Origin: Lama guanicoe
Lineage: Eukaryota
Direction of reading: 5' to 3'
Length of the DNA: 64,000 bases
Assembly: GCA_013239625.1 (NCBI GenBank)
Contig: MU053881.1
Coordinates: 14,996,373-15,060,372 of the forward strand
Below, in pieces: positions 26,526-38,863 of the stretch. Position 1 is the stretch's first letter, and the number at the start of each line of letters is the position of its first letter. Made by a program: the position numbers and the translations under genes. The notes under the pieces are model-generated. The model saw nothing but the letters and a program-made list of their open reading frames with translations, had not been told where the DNA came from and did no database searches.

Positions 26526-27254
26526 TTACTACCGGGTGGGCAGCTCACAACCTGGAGAGCACTGACACTGCTGGGGCTTTCTGGAGGCAGGGGACAGTGC
26601 ACAACATCCTTTCAACAGAGCAGCTCGGCAAGTCCTGCGTGTGTGTGTGTTTGTCAAGGCTGCAGATGGCACCAGACACTTGAAGCAGCCGGCACAGAGG
26701 TAAACGGTGCCAAAGCCAGGACTGGGGCCAGGACTGGGGGCGGCCTCCACGCTCAGCTAACCCGAGCCACCACTGCGCTGTGCCTGCTGCCCAGGGACCC
26801 GTTTTCCAACAGCCTGTGCAGAGCCACCCCCGTCACAGGGTAGGGCCAGGAGAACACCCTCCTTCAGTGCAGCTAGAGCTGGCGGCCCTGGATGGGCCAC
26901 TGTGAACTGCTTTGCCTGCAGATTTTCTCTGGCCCAGGTGCCACTCCCTGGGATGCTCAATGATCCATCACATGCAGAACCTCCTGTGTCCTGAGCCCCT
27001 GGCAAGTGGGCGACACGCCCCCATCTCTTCTCTCACCCTCCACATCTGATCCACCCACACGTCCAGTTATCCCTGCTGCCAAAACATCACCCAAATCCAC
27101 CACTCCAGGCCACTGCCACAGCCACTTTCCTGCTCAAGCCACCTTCTCCATCCCCTAACCTGGATGCTGCAGGGGCCTCTCATTGCCTGCCTGCCTCCCT
27201 TCTCACCACCATGCCTGCTCAGACCACAGCCACCTATGTAAGACATAAAGCAGC

Positions 27255-27985
27255 CTTAAACAGTTAAACAGAGAGTTACCATTTGACCCAGCAACTTCAC
27301 TCCTCAGCATATATATCCAAGGGAAAGGCAGACCCGCGTCCACACAAGCACTGGGACACGAACGTCCATGGCGGCACTATTCACTATTCAGCCAAAAAGG
27401 TGGGAAACAATCCAACTGTCCACTGATGAATGAACAGATACTCAAAATGTGGTAAATCCATACAATGGAATATTATTCAGCCTTAATAAGTAATGAAGTA
27501 ATGGGTGGTGGTGGTGGCTGCACAACATTGTGAGAGGGCTTAATCCCACTGAACTATATACATTTAAAAACAGTTAAGATGGTAAATTGTGTGTCATTTA
27601 TATTTTACCATAATTTTTAGAAAAATTGGGAAAAAGGAACGAAACACTGATACATGCTATATATAACTCAGGTGAACCTCAAAAACAACATGCTGAGTAA
27701 AAGAAGCCAGACACAAAAGGCCACATGTTATATGATTCCATTTACATGAAATGTCCAGAACAGGCAAATCCATAGAGACGGAAAGCAGATTAGTGGTTGC
27801 CAGGGGTGTGGGAGGGGGATGGGGAGGGACTGCTAATGGGAACGGGGTTTCATTTTGGGGGAATGGAAATATTCTAAAGTTGACTGGTGATAGTTGCACA
27901 ACTCTTTGAACATGCTATTAAAAAAAAACCCACTGAATGGTACACTTTACATAAGTGGATTGAATGTATTGGGAATTACATCTCA
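27255..27985 (+). mobile_element. L1MB-like 3' end with a short second L1 terminus inserted (about 27500-27630)
   Basis: agagttaccatttgacccagcaa...; the terminal segment tgcacaacattgtg...ttttaccataat appears out of order, between aagtaatgaag and aaggaacgaaac. Confidence 0.8.
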
Positions 27986-29189
27986 AGCTACATGAAGCTG
28001 CTACCAGATCAAGCAAGGATCAGGCCGCTGACCATCACAAACCCTCCCAGGGCCCCACCCTCAGAGCCAGCCTCACTCTCTTCTCTTCTCTCAATGTCGG
28101 TCTCACTGTCCTCTGACCTGATCCCCACCTCACCGAGCCCCTCCACCTTGGGACCTCTGGACTCACCTCCCTCACAAGGGGCACCCTCTCCAGGCACAGA
28201 GGACTGTGTCTTGCTGTCCAGGTGTCAGCCTCCCACCCCAGCCAGGCCTAGCACATCGTTTGGCTTCTTTTCTTTGCAAGCATCTGCTTTGTTCATTGGG
28301 AGCAATTCTCTCCTGCCCCCCCAAAACCATGCTAGCTCCCCAAGAGCATGGTCCTCACATGCTGCTGGCCCTCAAGTACCCCATACAGTCCCTGGGATGT
28401 GCTGGGCAATTAAAAATGTAATTTTGTGAAATGAGCAAGCTACCCTAACTTTCTAGATCAGGATTCTGGGGCCTAGAGAGGTTAAGAAATCTAACCAAAG
28501 TCACACAGCAGAGAGCCATAGCCCTCCTTGCACCTAAGGCTACCCAAGTCTGAGGACAAGAAAGGAATGCCTGTTCACTCACCTCTCTACCCTGAAACTC
28601 AAAAAGGCCTCCCTGACATCACACCCCATCCCCCCACCCAAATTAGCCCTTGGGGTCCCTACTCCCAAGTGATGTGACAGTATGGATTTACTCATCAGGA
28701 TCAACACCAGCTAACTGGCCTTCCACATGGGAAGGCACCGCGGGCACGCCCATCACTACCGAGGACTGTGAGCCGACCCGAGTCGGCACAAGTGGCCCTG
28801 CTGGCTCCCGGAGTGGGCAGGCTGAGCTGCAGAATTCCCCTGAGAGGAGGAGGTACCGACTGGGCCACATCCCACCTGTTCACAGGGGCAAGTGAAACCC
28901 TGGTGCCTATGGCAGGGGGTGGCAGCGTGGAAGGCTGCAGCCCCAGAGAGTGGGCAGGAGGGGACCCTGCATCAAGTGGGTTCGTTCACCCGCACCAGAC
29001 ACTGCAGATGTACCAAGTGTACTGGCCAGAATAGGCTGGGAACGAGCTTGCCTATCCTGGTCTCAGGTGCAGGAAAAGCCATCAGCCTGCCCAAAGTGGC
29101 ACAGCTGTACTGGTGGGTGCAGTTTTGAACTATCTGCCCAAGTGCAAAGTTTGCACCCCTGCCCACACAACGTTTCCTTCAAACTGAAT

Positions 29190-29390
29190 GTTTCTCGGCC
29201 TTGGCACTGCTGACATCTGGGGCCAGATCACTGTCTGTGGTGGGAGTTGTCTGTGCTTCGCGGGGTGTTGAGCAACATCTCTGCTCTCTACCCACGAGAT
29301 GCCAGTAGCACCCCTTCCTCCAGTCGAGACAACCAAAAATGTCATTGCCAACTGTCCCCAAAGGGACAGGATCACCCCCAACAGCACTGC
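29190..29390 (+). mobile_element. MER20 (hAT-Charlie) DNA transposon
   Basis: tttctcggccttggcactgctgacatctggggccagat...gatgccagtagcacc...gacaaccaaaaatgtc. Confidence 0.8.
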
Positions 29391-29556
29391 TCCGTCTGTA
29401 AAAATCTAGTATAAGCTCGCCTCAGCCCAGGACCCTAGCCCACCATGCCTCTCAACTTCCGGTGTTAAAAAAGGCAACAGAGGGAGGGAGGAAAGAGATG
29501 GGAAGTGGTTCCCAGGGCCAAGGGCACTACTGTCTGCAAATCTTAAAAATCTCTTC

Positions 29557-29970
29557 TGAATCCATCAATGAGTAAATGGATAAACAAATATGGTCCATCC
29601 ACACAAAGGAAAGAAGTTTCCTGATGCATGCTACAATGTGGATGAACTTAGAAAACGTGCTGAGTGAAAGTAGCCAGACGCAAAAGGCCACATCTCGTAT
29701 GATTCCATTTATATGAAATGTCCAGAACAGGTAAATCCATAAAGACAGAAAAGTTGGTGGCTGCTGGGGCTGGAGGAGGGGCAAATGAGAAGTGACAGCT
29801 AATGGATATGGAGTTTCTTTGGGGAGAGATGCAAATACTCTGGAATTAGACAGTGATGACGGTTGCACAACTCTGTAAATGTGCTGAAAACCAATGAACT
29901 GTACACTTTACACAAATGAATTATGTGATACATGAACTATATCTCAATAAAGCTATTATTTTAAAGAAAT
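29557..29970 (+). mobile_element. L1M (L1MB-like) 3' end
   Basis: aatggataaacaaatatgg, gccagacgcaaaaggccaca; ends tatctcaataaagct. Confidence 0.85.
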
Positions 29971-31136
29971 CTTTTCAACAATTATTCACTTCCAATCCTA
30001 CAGCAGAAACCAGTCCTCCAATCATGAAGACTGCCATGAACCTAATATGACCTCTTCTTCCTGTTATACTATACACAGTTGACACCTACTGCATGCTAAC
30101 ACACACTACCCGCTGGAGACAAGGTAAAGTGGACGTTCCTGCCCTCGGAAGCCCTGACTTACGGGGGACATTCAAACTGCATGCTCTCATTTCATTCATT
30201 CATTCATTCACCAACCACATCCTGAGCGAGACTGTGAGCTGATGGAGCAGCGATGGGCAGCACCTGGCCAACAGAGAGCACTCGAAAGATACATGCTAAA
30301 CAAATGCGTGGAAATGAAGACACACATTCTAGTCTATGAGGTTATGATCTCAAAGAGAAACAAGCAACTAACTGAAAAATAACATCACCCCAAAATCCCA
30401 CCTGAGGAATCAGAGACTGAGGTTCATGTCACTGAGGTAGGTCTGCCTAAGACAGATCGGAGGCCAAATCAAGAAACCAGTGAGGTGGGTGTCTGCAGCT
30501 CCCACCCAACCCCTCCCCACGGCCCCAGGGTGCAAAACAGGGGTCCCACCACTTTGCAGGGTCACAGAAGAGATTTACTGCCACCTGTGCAAAGCATGCT
30601 CCTCTCCTGACCCAAAAGGAAGGGCTTGCTAGACATTCTCAACAACGGAGTATACCAAGACCCAAGGTGCCTGGCACCTTGTGGCACTTGCCAGAGAGCT
30701 GTTACCTAGAAGAACCAGGCCTCTGCCCCCGGCCATGACCAGCCTCTGCTTCAGGCCTACAGCAGCTTCCCAGGTGAGGTTAGCAGGGAACCTGGCCTGC
30801 CCCCTGCACACCCAATCCACCCAGTCATCTGAGGAAGAACTGTTTCTCCACCCTGGTCCTGAAGGGCTGGGGCCATTTGTGGCCAGCTGTCCCTTGTCCT
30901 TGAGGGAGGAGTATCACCTGAACCGCACCCTATGTGCTGCATCTGGAAGGGGCAGCTGTCTCCACTCCAAGCTCCAAGAGCCCAATCTGCCTTCCTGAAA
31001 CCCCTCAGGTCCCCACAGGGAAGGGCACCAGACTTCCCCCTCAGGTATCCAAAAGGGATACCTATTCCATTCCAGGTCTGCCAGTGGGGCATCTTGTCTC
31101 CATACCTGTCCTCCAAACACACAGGGAGTGAGGGCA

Positions 31137-31585
31137 CAGGTGACAATGATGTAGAGACACCTGTCTCTTCAGGTAGCATTGGTGTGGGGGCAGCTGTCCC
31201 CCTCAGGCACCAATGATATGGAACACCTATTCCCTCTCCCCAGGTAACAGTGATGCCTGCAAGGAGCACCCAGTTCACCCAGCGCTCAATATCATCCTGT
31301 CTCCCCTAGGTAGCAGTGATATAAGGGCACCTAGTCCCCTCAGAGAGCAATGATGTGGGGACACCTTTCCCTCCTTGGGTAACAATGATGTAGTGGCACC
31401 TGTTCCCTCCAGGTAGTAATGATGTAGAGGACCCTGCCCCTACAGTAACAATGATGTTGTGACACTTGCCCACCACTTCAGGTAGCAATGATGTAGGGAC
31501 ACCTGTACCCCTTCAGGTATCGATGATGTGGGGGCACCCGTCCCGCCCACGACGCTTGGGGCGTAGGGACACCTGGGCCCTCAGG
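31137..31585. repeat. Degenerate ~33-35 bp minisatellite (about 11-12 units)
   Basis: Consensus CAGGTAGCAATGATGTRGGGACACCTGTCCCCT repeated in tandem; more decayed copies extend to about 30940. Confidence 0.9.
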
Positions 31586-31715
31586 CCGTGCCAAGCCCCG
31601 CCCCTGCCCCGCGCGCCCCGCCCCCGCCGCGCGCCCCCCGCCCTGTGCACGCGCCGGACACGCGCCCCCTCCCTTCTCTCCGGCCCTGAGGGGTCGGCGC
31701 GGGCAACCCTCTTAC

Positions 31716-31841
31716 CCGCGCGGCCCGCGTCAAGCTCAGGTCCTTCATGACCTCCTCGAAAGCCGCCGTCTCCTCCGCTTGCTTCTGGTTATGCAGCGCG
31801 ATCTTCTCGCTGAATTTCCGCGGATTGTTCGAAGTCGCCAT
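31716..31841 (-). CDS. CRTC1: CREB-regulated transcription coactivator 1, coding exon 1 (aa 1-42, N-terminal CREB-binding domain)
   Basis: Translates to [42 protein letters not shown], the CRTC1/TORC1 N-terminus. ATG context AAGATGG; 126 nt, phase 0, followed by donor CGG|GTAAGA (GT at 31715-31714). KLHL26 lies immediately upstream, as in other mammals. Confidence 0.98.
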
Positions 31842-31854
31842 CTTCTCGCCGCCG

Positions 31855-31885
31855 CCTCCTCCTCCTCCTCCTCCTCCACCTCCTC
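31855..31885 (-). repeat. (GGA)n trinucleotide tract in CRTC1 5' UTR
   Basis: Plus strand gcctcctcctcctcctcctcctccacctcct immediately upstream of the ATG. Confidence 0.9.
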
Positions 31886-32314
31886 GCCCCCCCACCTCGC
31901 CGGTGCCACCACGCAAGCGCCGGCCAGACCCGCGGGCGGCGGGCAGTGCGCAGGCGCGTCGGCAGGCGTGAAAATGGCGCGTGCGCATGGGAGCGGCTCG
32001 CCCCGCGGGGGCGACGGCGCATGCGCGCGCCTTAGAGGCGCGTTTGGAGGGGCCAAAGGGGGAGGAGGGAGAAGGAGGATGGAGATTTTGGCGCAGGCGC
32101 ATGGAGCCTCCTCCTGGCCCGCTGGACAGCGGCCACCTGACTGTTGGGCAAGGTCCGGGGACGGGTTGGGGCACTGGAGCCCCCAAGAGAATCTGCTGGA
32201 CCCAAACCGTTCCAGGTCACCAGGATGGAGCCAGCACCCAACCCAAGGACAGGTATTCGAGACTGAGCCTGGGTTTGGACTAGTTCAGCTCAGAGACCAA
32301 TTCAGGGCGTTGCT

Positions 32315-32530
32315 CATCCATGCATGCATTCATTCATTTACTGAATGTCTGTATGTGCCAAGCACACTGGGGAAAAGGCGTGAGCAAGCAGACGTGTTCC
32401 CTGCCCTTATGGGGTGCACAGTCGGGGAGAGGGGGAACATAACCCACCAATAAACGAGCCAAGAACATTTCAGATGGAGGTAAATGTGATATGGCAAATA
32501 ATACCAGTAATGGGCCAGGAGGAGAGTGAT
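32315..32530 (-). mobile_element. L2 fragment
   Basis: cattcattcatttactgaatgtctgtatgtgccaagcac...ccctgcccttatgggg. Confidence 0.65.
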
Positions 32531-33299
32531 CTTAGAAAGGGAGGCTTGTATCGCCACCATGATTTGGGGGGTGCGATCAGTCCCCAGCCCCAAATCCTGG
32601 TGTCATCCTGAACACCTTTCTTTCCCCTTTCCTGTTCCCTATCCAGTTCCTATTCTCTGGGTCCTCAATCTCAGAGAACTGGAACTACAGAGCTTCAGCC
32701 TCCTCTCTCTGAATTTCTCCAGTCCAGTCTTGCTCAAGGAAGCCAGCTTTCCCTTGGGGTGCTAAAGGACAGGTCCAGAAATCCCACCCAGACCCAGCAG
32801 GGAAAAGGATAGCAGAGTCTCCCCAGTGACGGGGAGGGGGGGGTGACCTAGGGAAGCAAGAGGGGTTCTGACATCCAGTTGTCCCTGCCCCAAACAGAGG
32901 GACCCCAACCACCAATATCAAAAGTTTAGATTCAGGAGGCTCCAGGGATTTCAGGGCATGGGGGTGAGGGGGGCAGAAACCAGGAGGGGCAGCTCTAATC
33001 GCACAACAAGCACACTTTTTACCAGGACAAGGGATGGCTGGAGGAGACACTGATGGAGATCATAGGGGCACACCAACATTTTCCAAACATGCTTTTATTT
33101 ACATTTTACAATAGTTTAATGAAATGTCCACATTAAATATATACACATACATAGATTTTTAATTTGGAGTGCCCTGGGCACTGCCACTGCTCTGTTTCAT
33201 CTTTCTTGTTACGATTTTGAGCATTTTCTTGGACTTCTAGCCTTTTTGCGTAGCAAGCATCCACCCCTTATTCTGGGTGTCAACAACCAACTAGCCTTC

Positions 33300-33740
33300 C
33301 AACTTTCAGTCCATGATCTGCGGTAGAGGTGGTCTCGCTACTCGCTCTCCCCACAAAGTCTCCACTTCAAATTGGAAGACTTGGCCGATCAGCAGAGCCG
33401 TGCTCTGACCATCACAATTGGTTACCCAGTTAACCCAATGAGATGCAACTCTGCAATTTTTGTTTGAACTATGGGAAAGCGAAGCACCCTCTTTGCTTGG
33501 GTGGCTGATTTGAAGGATAACACAGATTTGCAGTGCCATAGGTCACCTCTTGAAGAAAGGTGTCCCGAGAGTAAACTCACACAGAGGAAAACAGAAAGAA
33601 AAGGAGACAGATACCTGTGAATTGATGTATCCAGCCATGCCTGAAGCTAGGCCTGTCTGCCTTTTCAGTTATATGAACCAGTAATTCATTCTCTTTTTTG
33701 CTAAAGTTGATTTGAAGTCCATCTTCTCTCCCTGGCACTG
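33300..33740 (+). mobile_element. ERVL LTR (LTR33/LTR16-like)
   Basis: ccagccatgcctgaagc...ttttcagttatatgaaccagtaattc...ttgctaaagttgatttga. Confidence 0.6.
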
Positions 33741-33869
33741 AAACTGAAGTTTCTGAGACTCAGGTAAGGGACTCGACATTCTATATATGTGACTTCTAAT
33801 TCCTGCCACCATCCTGTGACATTGGAGGGGAAATAGTAACAGGGAGCAGGGATGGGAGTGTTCATAGCA

Positions 33870-35670
33870 AGTCAAGCACCAGAGTCAGGACTAGAACTCA
33901 GGTCTGACAGCAGAGCTCAGCTTCCTTCTCTGAGATGGGTCTTGTAAGGTTTAAATGAGGTTAACACATGTCAAGTGCCCGTCTCATAATAAGGGCTCGA
34001 AAAATGCCGATTACCCTGATCACTTACATATGGCTGCACTAAGCCAGTTTCTGCACAGAAAGATGGAGGAGAAAAGATTTGAGGGGTAGCAGGGGCCACA
34101 GCAAGGGGCCATGCCCTCAGGGCAGAGGTGAGAGGCCAGTGCTTACCCTACTCACCCCCATTTACCCCACACCCTGGCGGTAACTTGATCCATCCTAAAC
34201 CCTGGTGATGAGTCAGAGGAAGCCACAAGCCTGATTATTGCGCAATGGCCGGACGGTGACCCAAGCCTCCTCCTCCCGCTCCACTGACCCCTAGCCTCGA
34301 GGAGGGTGAGGCCAAGGTGTCTGGTGACCGAGGCAGAACCCAGCCCTGAGGTTTTCACTTTCTCCCTTCAGCAAAGGCAACTTCTGCCACCCAGTGTGGC
34401 CCGCGCAGGACTTCTGGAGCAGCCTATAGTCTTTGTAAAGCAGGACGGATCTCATGCTCCCTATCACACTTAGGAAAAAAAATCCACCCTCCTCCCAATG
34501 ATCCGCAAGGTCCTCACACACCCTGGCCCCTCACTCCAGCCACTCCAGCTTCCTTGGTATTCCCTCTCCAGATCTTTGTATGTGCTATTGCCTCTGCCCG
34601 GACTGCTCTCCTCCGAGATCCTTTCATGGCTGGCACCGTCTCCTCTTTCAGGCCTCACCTCTGACCTTCCTGAGGGCTCTATCTGAAGTGTACCCTTGGG
34701 TATGTGTCCCACGACTCAGGAACATCCCATTCTCTGAAAGCAGCTGAGCAAAGATCAGAAGTTAACACTGCATTCCCTTCTCAAACATTCTGGGGCTTGA
34801 ATTTCCTGTGTGATGCAGAAAGGGCACAGACACACCCAATTCCCTACTCTTAAGGCTTGTCCTTTGTTGATGGCTCTGAGCACTTTTGGCCTCATTTTAT
34901 ACTCATCTGTGTTCATTCTGTTTTCCTGGATCCCCAGAGCTAACACAAGACTAGGCAGAGAAGGGGAATTAGGAAGTGTTTGTTGAATGAATCATTTTCT
35001 GCCTGGGAAACTCCTATCTACCCCTCAAAACCCAGCTCAAATGTCCCCCACTCCAGAAAGCCATTCCTGACCCCAAAACAGAGCTATTTCTCACTCTAGA
35101 CATGTCCTTCTCTAGCAAGCCCTGACCCAAAGGGACTGGGTGTCCCATTCTTGAATAACTTCACTTGAGTTAAAGAACACACCCAAATGTGAGCTAATAG
35201 GCAAGTCCTGTAAGCTACTTCTTGCTGCCTCTATGATCCAGTTTTCTCTCCTCTTCTCCATAGCTCTGCCTGGCCCCATTTGTTCTCTGCCAGCTTCCTC
35301 ATCCACCCTTCCCTTTTCCTTGTCCTCCATCCAGCCTTGCTGCATTCTGCCTCAGGGCTTTTGCACAGGCCGTCTCCCTGCCTAGATTGCCCTTTCCCCT
35401 GCATCCAGGCCGCGTAGCACCCCCACATAAAGCCTCTAAATATATGTTCAGTTAAAACCAAAACTCCTGAGTGTTTTGCATGGCCCAGCCCTTGCCAATT
35501 CTCCAGCTGTGTGACAACAGAAAAGTAACTTAATCTCTCTGAGACTCACTGTCCTACTGCCTTAAATGTGGATAATGTCACTTCTCATAGCAGGCTCTTG
35601 GGAAGATTAAATAGATAACGCATGTAAAGCACTTAGCTCAGCGCCTGCCTCCTCGCAAGCACTCAGTAAC
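33870..35670. mobile_element. Cluster of MIR and L2 fragments
   Basis: MIR: ttaaatgaggttaacacatg (~33950) and aagtaacttaatctctctgag...gtaaagcacttagc (35520-35670). L2: cagggcttttgcacaggccgt (~35350) and tttgttgaatgaat (~34980). Confidence 0.6.
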
Positions 35671-36559
35671 CGTTAGGGAAACAGAATTCTACCTCGAGAT
35701 GTTAGTTTTCATGCTTTGCTTTTCTGCACTGCCTTATATGGACTCTTAGTCAATCCAGGGTATCCACATTGCATGGAGGTGAATTCGGGCCATTGGAGCG
35801 GGAGGGCAAAAAGGAAAACCATCCAGGGCCCGTCTTTCACTTCCAAACCAGGCCCTCATCAGAATTTCGAAAGGCAAAGCAAGAGCCAGGTTTAATTATG
35901 AAGCAAAAGGGAAGGACTCAATGGGAGCCAGAAACACCAAACGTAGAGCTCACTCCTTACAATTCAATAAGAAGAGGTTAGACAAGAACCCAGGCCCCTC
36001 AGTCTCCCACCTGGTAGAAGGTGGGATGGGGCAAGACTTCAAAGGAGGCTGGAGTTGAGGGGACAGGGACAGGGGGTGGCTCTGGGGCATGGTGGGGCAG
36101 GAGCAGAGCCAGCAGTCCAGTTCCCCCTGCCACCTCCTACAACCACCGTGCTGAAGGGACATTGGGGGAAGGCCTTCCAGTGACACTACAGTGGCTGAGA
36201 CTTGTCTGAGCTCCAGCTGAACTCCTCAAATAGCACCCCCAGCCTGCCCCCTGTCCAATAACCCAGGATACTTACCACCCCAATCTATTCAATAATAAAA
36301 GAAAATCGACTCCCCAACCTCTAGGGGGCAGTGGCTGCAGATGAAATACAGCCAGTTTTTCTTTTTGGTGGCCCAGGATCTGAGTCCCCATCCAAGGCTG
36401 GGGAGTCCCCATTCATGGGAATTTGGCCCCCGACTGACAACAGAAACTCCAAAGCCAATGGTGTGGTCAATCAAACCATAAGTCTCAGCTCTCCATTCGT
36501 CTCTTTGTCCTGCCCTTTGCACACTGTGCATTGTTCCTTCATAAGGTGGAAGACATTTC

Positions 36560-36908
36560 CCTTGCCCTAATTTTGGGCTTGGCTGTGTCATTTGCTTTGG
36601 CCAAAGACATATGGGCAGAAGCAACAGCACAAGAATTCTGAATCTGGACCTTGGGAGGCCTCCCATGATTCCCCCTTGTCCTCTGGCACCATCATCAGAG
36701 GAGAACCTAGAAGGGTGCAAGGCAGGTGGAGCTGAGCCTCCTGGCACTCCACACTTACTTGCACTTGGAAACAGCTGCCCAGTTGAGGGCAGCCTAGAAC
36801 AAGCACCCCCCACACACACACATAGCTGAGTCACAGACACCTGAAAAACTTATTTTTGCATGCCACTGAGACTTGGGGTTGCTTGTTACGCAGCAGCTGA
36901 CTAATACA
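36560..36908 (+). mobile_element. Old MLT1 (H-L-like) LTR
   Basis: 3' end gccactgagacttggggttgcttgttacgcagcagctgactaataca. Confidence 0.65.
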
Positions 36909-36949
36909 CTGACATACTCACTTTCCTTGCTCCTCAGGCAGCTGGAGCA

Positions 36950-37318
36950 TTGGCACAGGACATGGGCTGGGCCAACAGGATGTTCCCACTTAGGAACAAG
37001 TGGTGCAAAGAAACAGGATCAGGACAGGAGCTTCTGGTTTCCAGGGGTGGCTATGGCAGAGTGCCAATGGCAGATGGCTGTGCCAGTTGAGGCATCTGGA
37101 TTCCGTAGTGGTGGCAGAAGTGACCTCACCAACCAGTTCCCTGGTATAATTTCAGCTGGTCACCATCACCCCCTTGATTTCTACTATTTTCTGAGCCTGA
37201 TTTTCCAGCCTTCCTGCCACTTCTGTGAGCAATTGAATAGCCTTCCAATGTACGTTTTTACTATTTAAATTGGCCAGCGTGTTTCTGTTGCTTGCAAGTT
37301 AAAACCCTGACTTACATA
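36950..37318 (+). mobile_element. ERVL-type LTR fragment
   Basis: 3' end ttaaattggccagcgtgtttctgttgcttgcaagttaaaaccctgact. Confidence 0.55.
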
Positions 37319-38538
37319 AGGTGGGGAAACCCCAGCATCTGTTACATTTATATTACAATTTTGGAACTGTTTAACAAGAATCAGAATATATGACCACTAG
37401 TATCTTGAGCAGCACAGACGTGATTTCTCATAAAAACGAGTCTGGAGGTCAGAGGTCCTAGGGTAGGCCTGGTGGCCCTGTGGCTTCAGGGTTCTGGGAG
37501 GCAGCATCTCTGTGCCTCTCTTAACTTGCTCCTCATGGCCACAAGATGGCTGCAGAAACTCCTGGCATCACGTCCTGGTAGGAAGCAGTAAGGGAGGAAA
37601 AGGGGCAATAACGCAGCTGCTGTGTCCAGAAACCCCCACCCCAGACCTCCCCTTAAAACGTGCTGGCCAGAACTGGGAAATGCGCCCAGATCAAAAACGA
37701 CCCCCTACAAAATACATTGCCAAGAATGGCTCAGCCAAATCCTAAATTAACCCCCGAGGCTGGGCACGCTGCTGCTGGCATCAAATCAGAGCTCTTTTGG
37801 TGAGGAGGGCGAAATGGCCACTGGGATGGCAACAAGCATGGTCAGCAACAAGAACTAAGCTGGGGTCTTTGTTGTGGGCAGGAGCACGGCTTGATGGGGC
37901 TCTTGCCCGTGGGGTCTGTAGGCCAATGATGCCCCCACGGACGCTGGAGTGGATGAGGCTCTGCTCCCACCTCCTCACCCCAGAACCTCTCATTTATGCA
38001 ACAAACATTCAGGCTGTGCCTCCTGGGATACACGGCCAGGTGCCCCTAATAAAACCCGTGCGTTCAGGCTCCACCATGAGAAGCAAATTCTCTGGGGCCC
38101 GTGAGAACAGAGGAGCTGGAGCTGCGTTCTCAGAGATGAAGCCAGGGGCGGGTTTCCAAGCTGGCCAGGTCCGGGGCAGATTCCCACCTCACACGGCTCC
38201 CCCGAGGCCCCCTTGGCCCTCGCTCACGGTGAGGCCCCAGAAGTCACACTTGGCTCCCTCTCGCGGGCCTCCATCCCACCGTCCCTGGAGATGGCGTTTT
38301 CCCACAGCCCAAGCCCAGGTGCGGAGGGAGGCTCCTGCCGGCCGCATCCAGGGCCACAGCGGGGAAGCAGGACATCTGGAAGCAGACAGGCTCTCCACAA
38401 GCTCAGTCCCTCCATGCCCAAGCTGCCGTGGGCGAAAGGTAAGAAGAGGTGATAAGGTGATGGGTTCCAGACCCCTTCAGGGTGCTGTGCAGGGGAGGGC
38501 CAAGCTGGTCCAGGAGGGTGTGCACGTATGAGCGTGTG

Positions 38539-38544
38539 TTTATT
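38539..38544 (-). terminator. Candidate distal KLHL26 polyadenylation signal AATAAA
   Basis: Plus-strand tttatt, downstream of a U-rich block containing two TATTGTAAA motifs (38774-38863). Confidence 0.45.
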
Positions 38545-38773
38545 TGGGGGTGACTGAGCGCCTGTGCACCTTACAAAGCCTATGAGCAAGGCTACCTGGG
38601 AGCGTGACCATGCGGGTGTGCGTGTCACGATGCGTGAGTGCAGGTGTGCGTGTGAGCGTCTGCGTGCATGTGTGCACTGATGTTCTGCCTTTCTCTGAAG
38701 GACACAAATGTTCACAAAGTGAAGATTCAAGCCAGTTTCTGCTAAATTAAAAACAGCTTTTTCGTGTTTAAAG

Positions 38774-38863
38774 TTTACAATACGAAAAAAAAGTTTCCTT
38801 TCTTCCTGGGGGGTGGGATTTACAATACGAAAAATAATTTTCCTTTCTTCCGGGGGGGTGGGG
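38774..38863. repeat. 45-bp tandem duplication
   Basis: tttacaatacgaaaaaaaagtttcctttcttcctggggggtggga followed by tttacaatacgaaaaataattttcctttcttccgggggggtgggg. Confidence 0.92.

Larger units (their letters stand above)
1..31715 (-). other. CRTC1: CRTC1 intron 1 (continues past the window start)
   Basis: Starts at the GT donor after exon 1. No ORF resembling CRTC1 exon 2 was found in 1-31715, and the region is repeat-rich. Confidence 0.85.
31540..32170 (-). promoter_or_regulatory. CRTC1: CRTC1 CpG-island promoter / 5' UTR with NRF1 and YY1 motifs
   Basis: Very CpG-dense. NRF1-type motifs GCGCATGCGC (32017-32026), TGCGCAGGCGC (31947-31957) and GCGCAGGCGC (32091-32100). YY1-type AAAATGGCG (31971-31979) and AAGATGGCG over the start codon. 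No TATA box seen. Confidence 0.9.

Noticed and set aside
31137..31585. CRISPR-like repeat array or C/D snoRNA cluster
   Set aside because: Eukaryotic context with contiguous degenerate units, no unique spacers and no cas genes. The core TGATGT is not box C (TGATGA) and there is no consistent CTGA box D.
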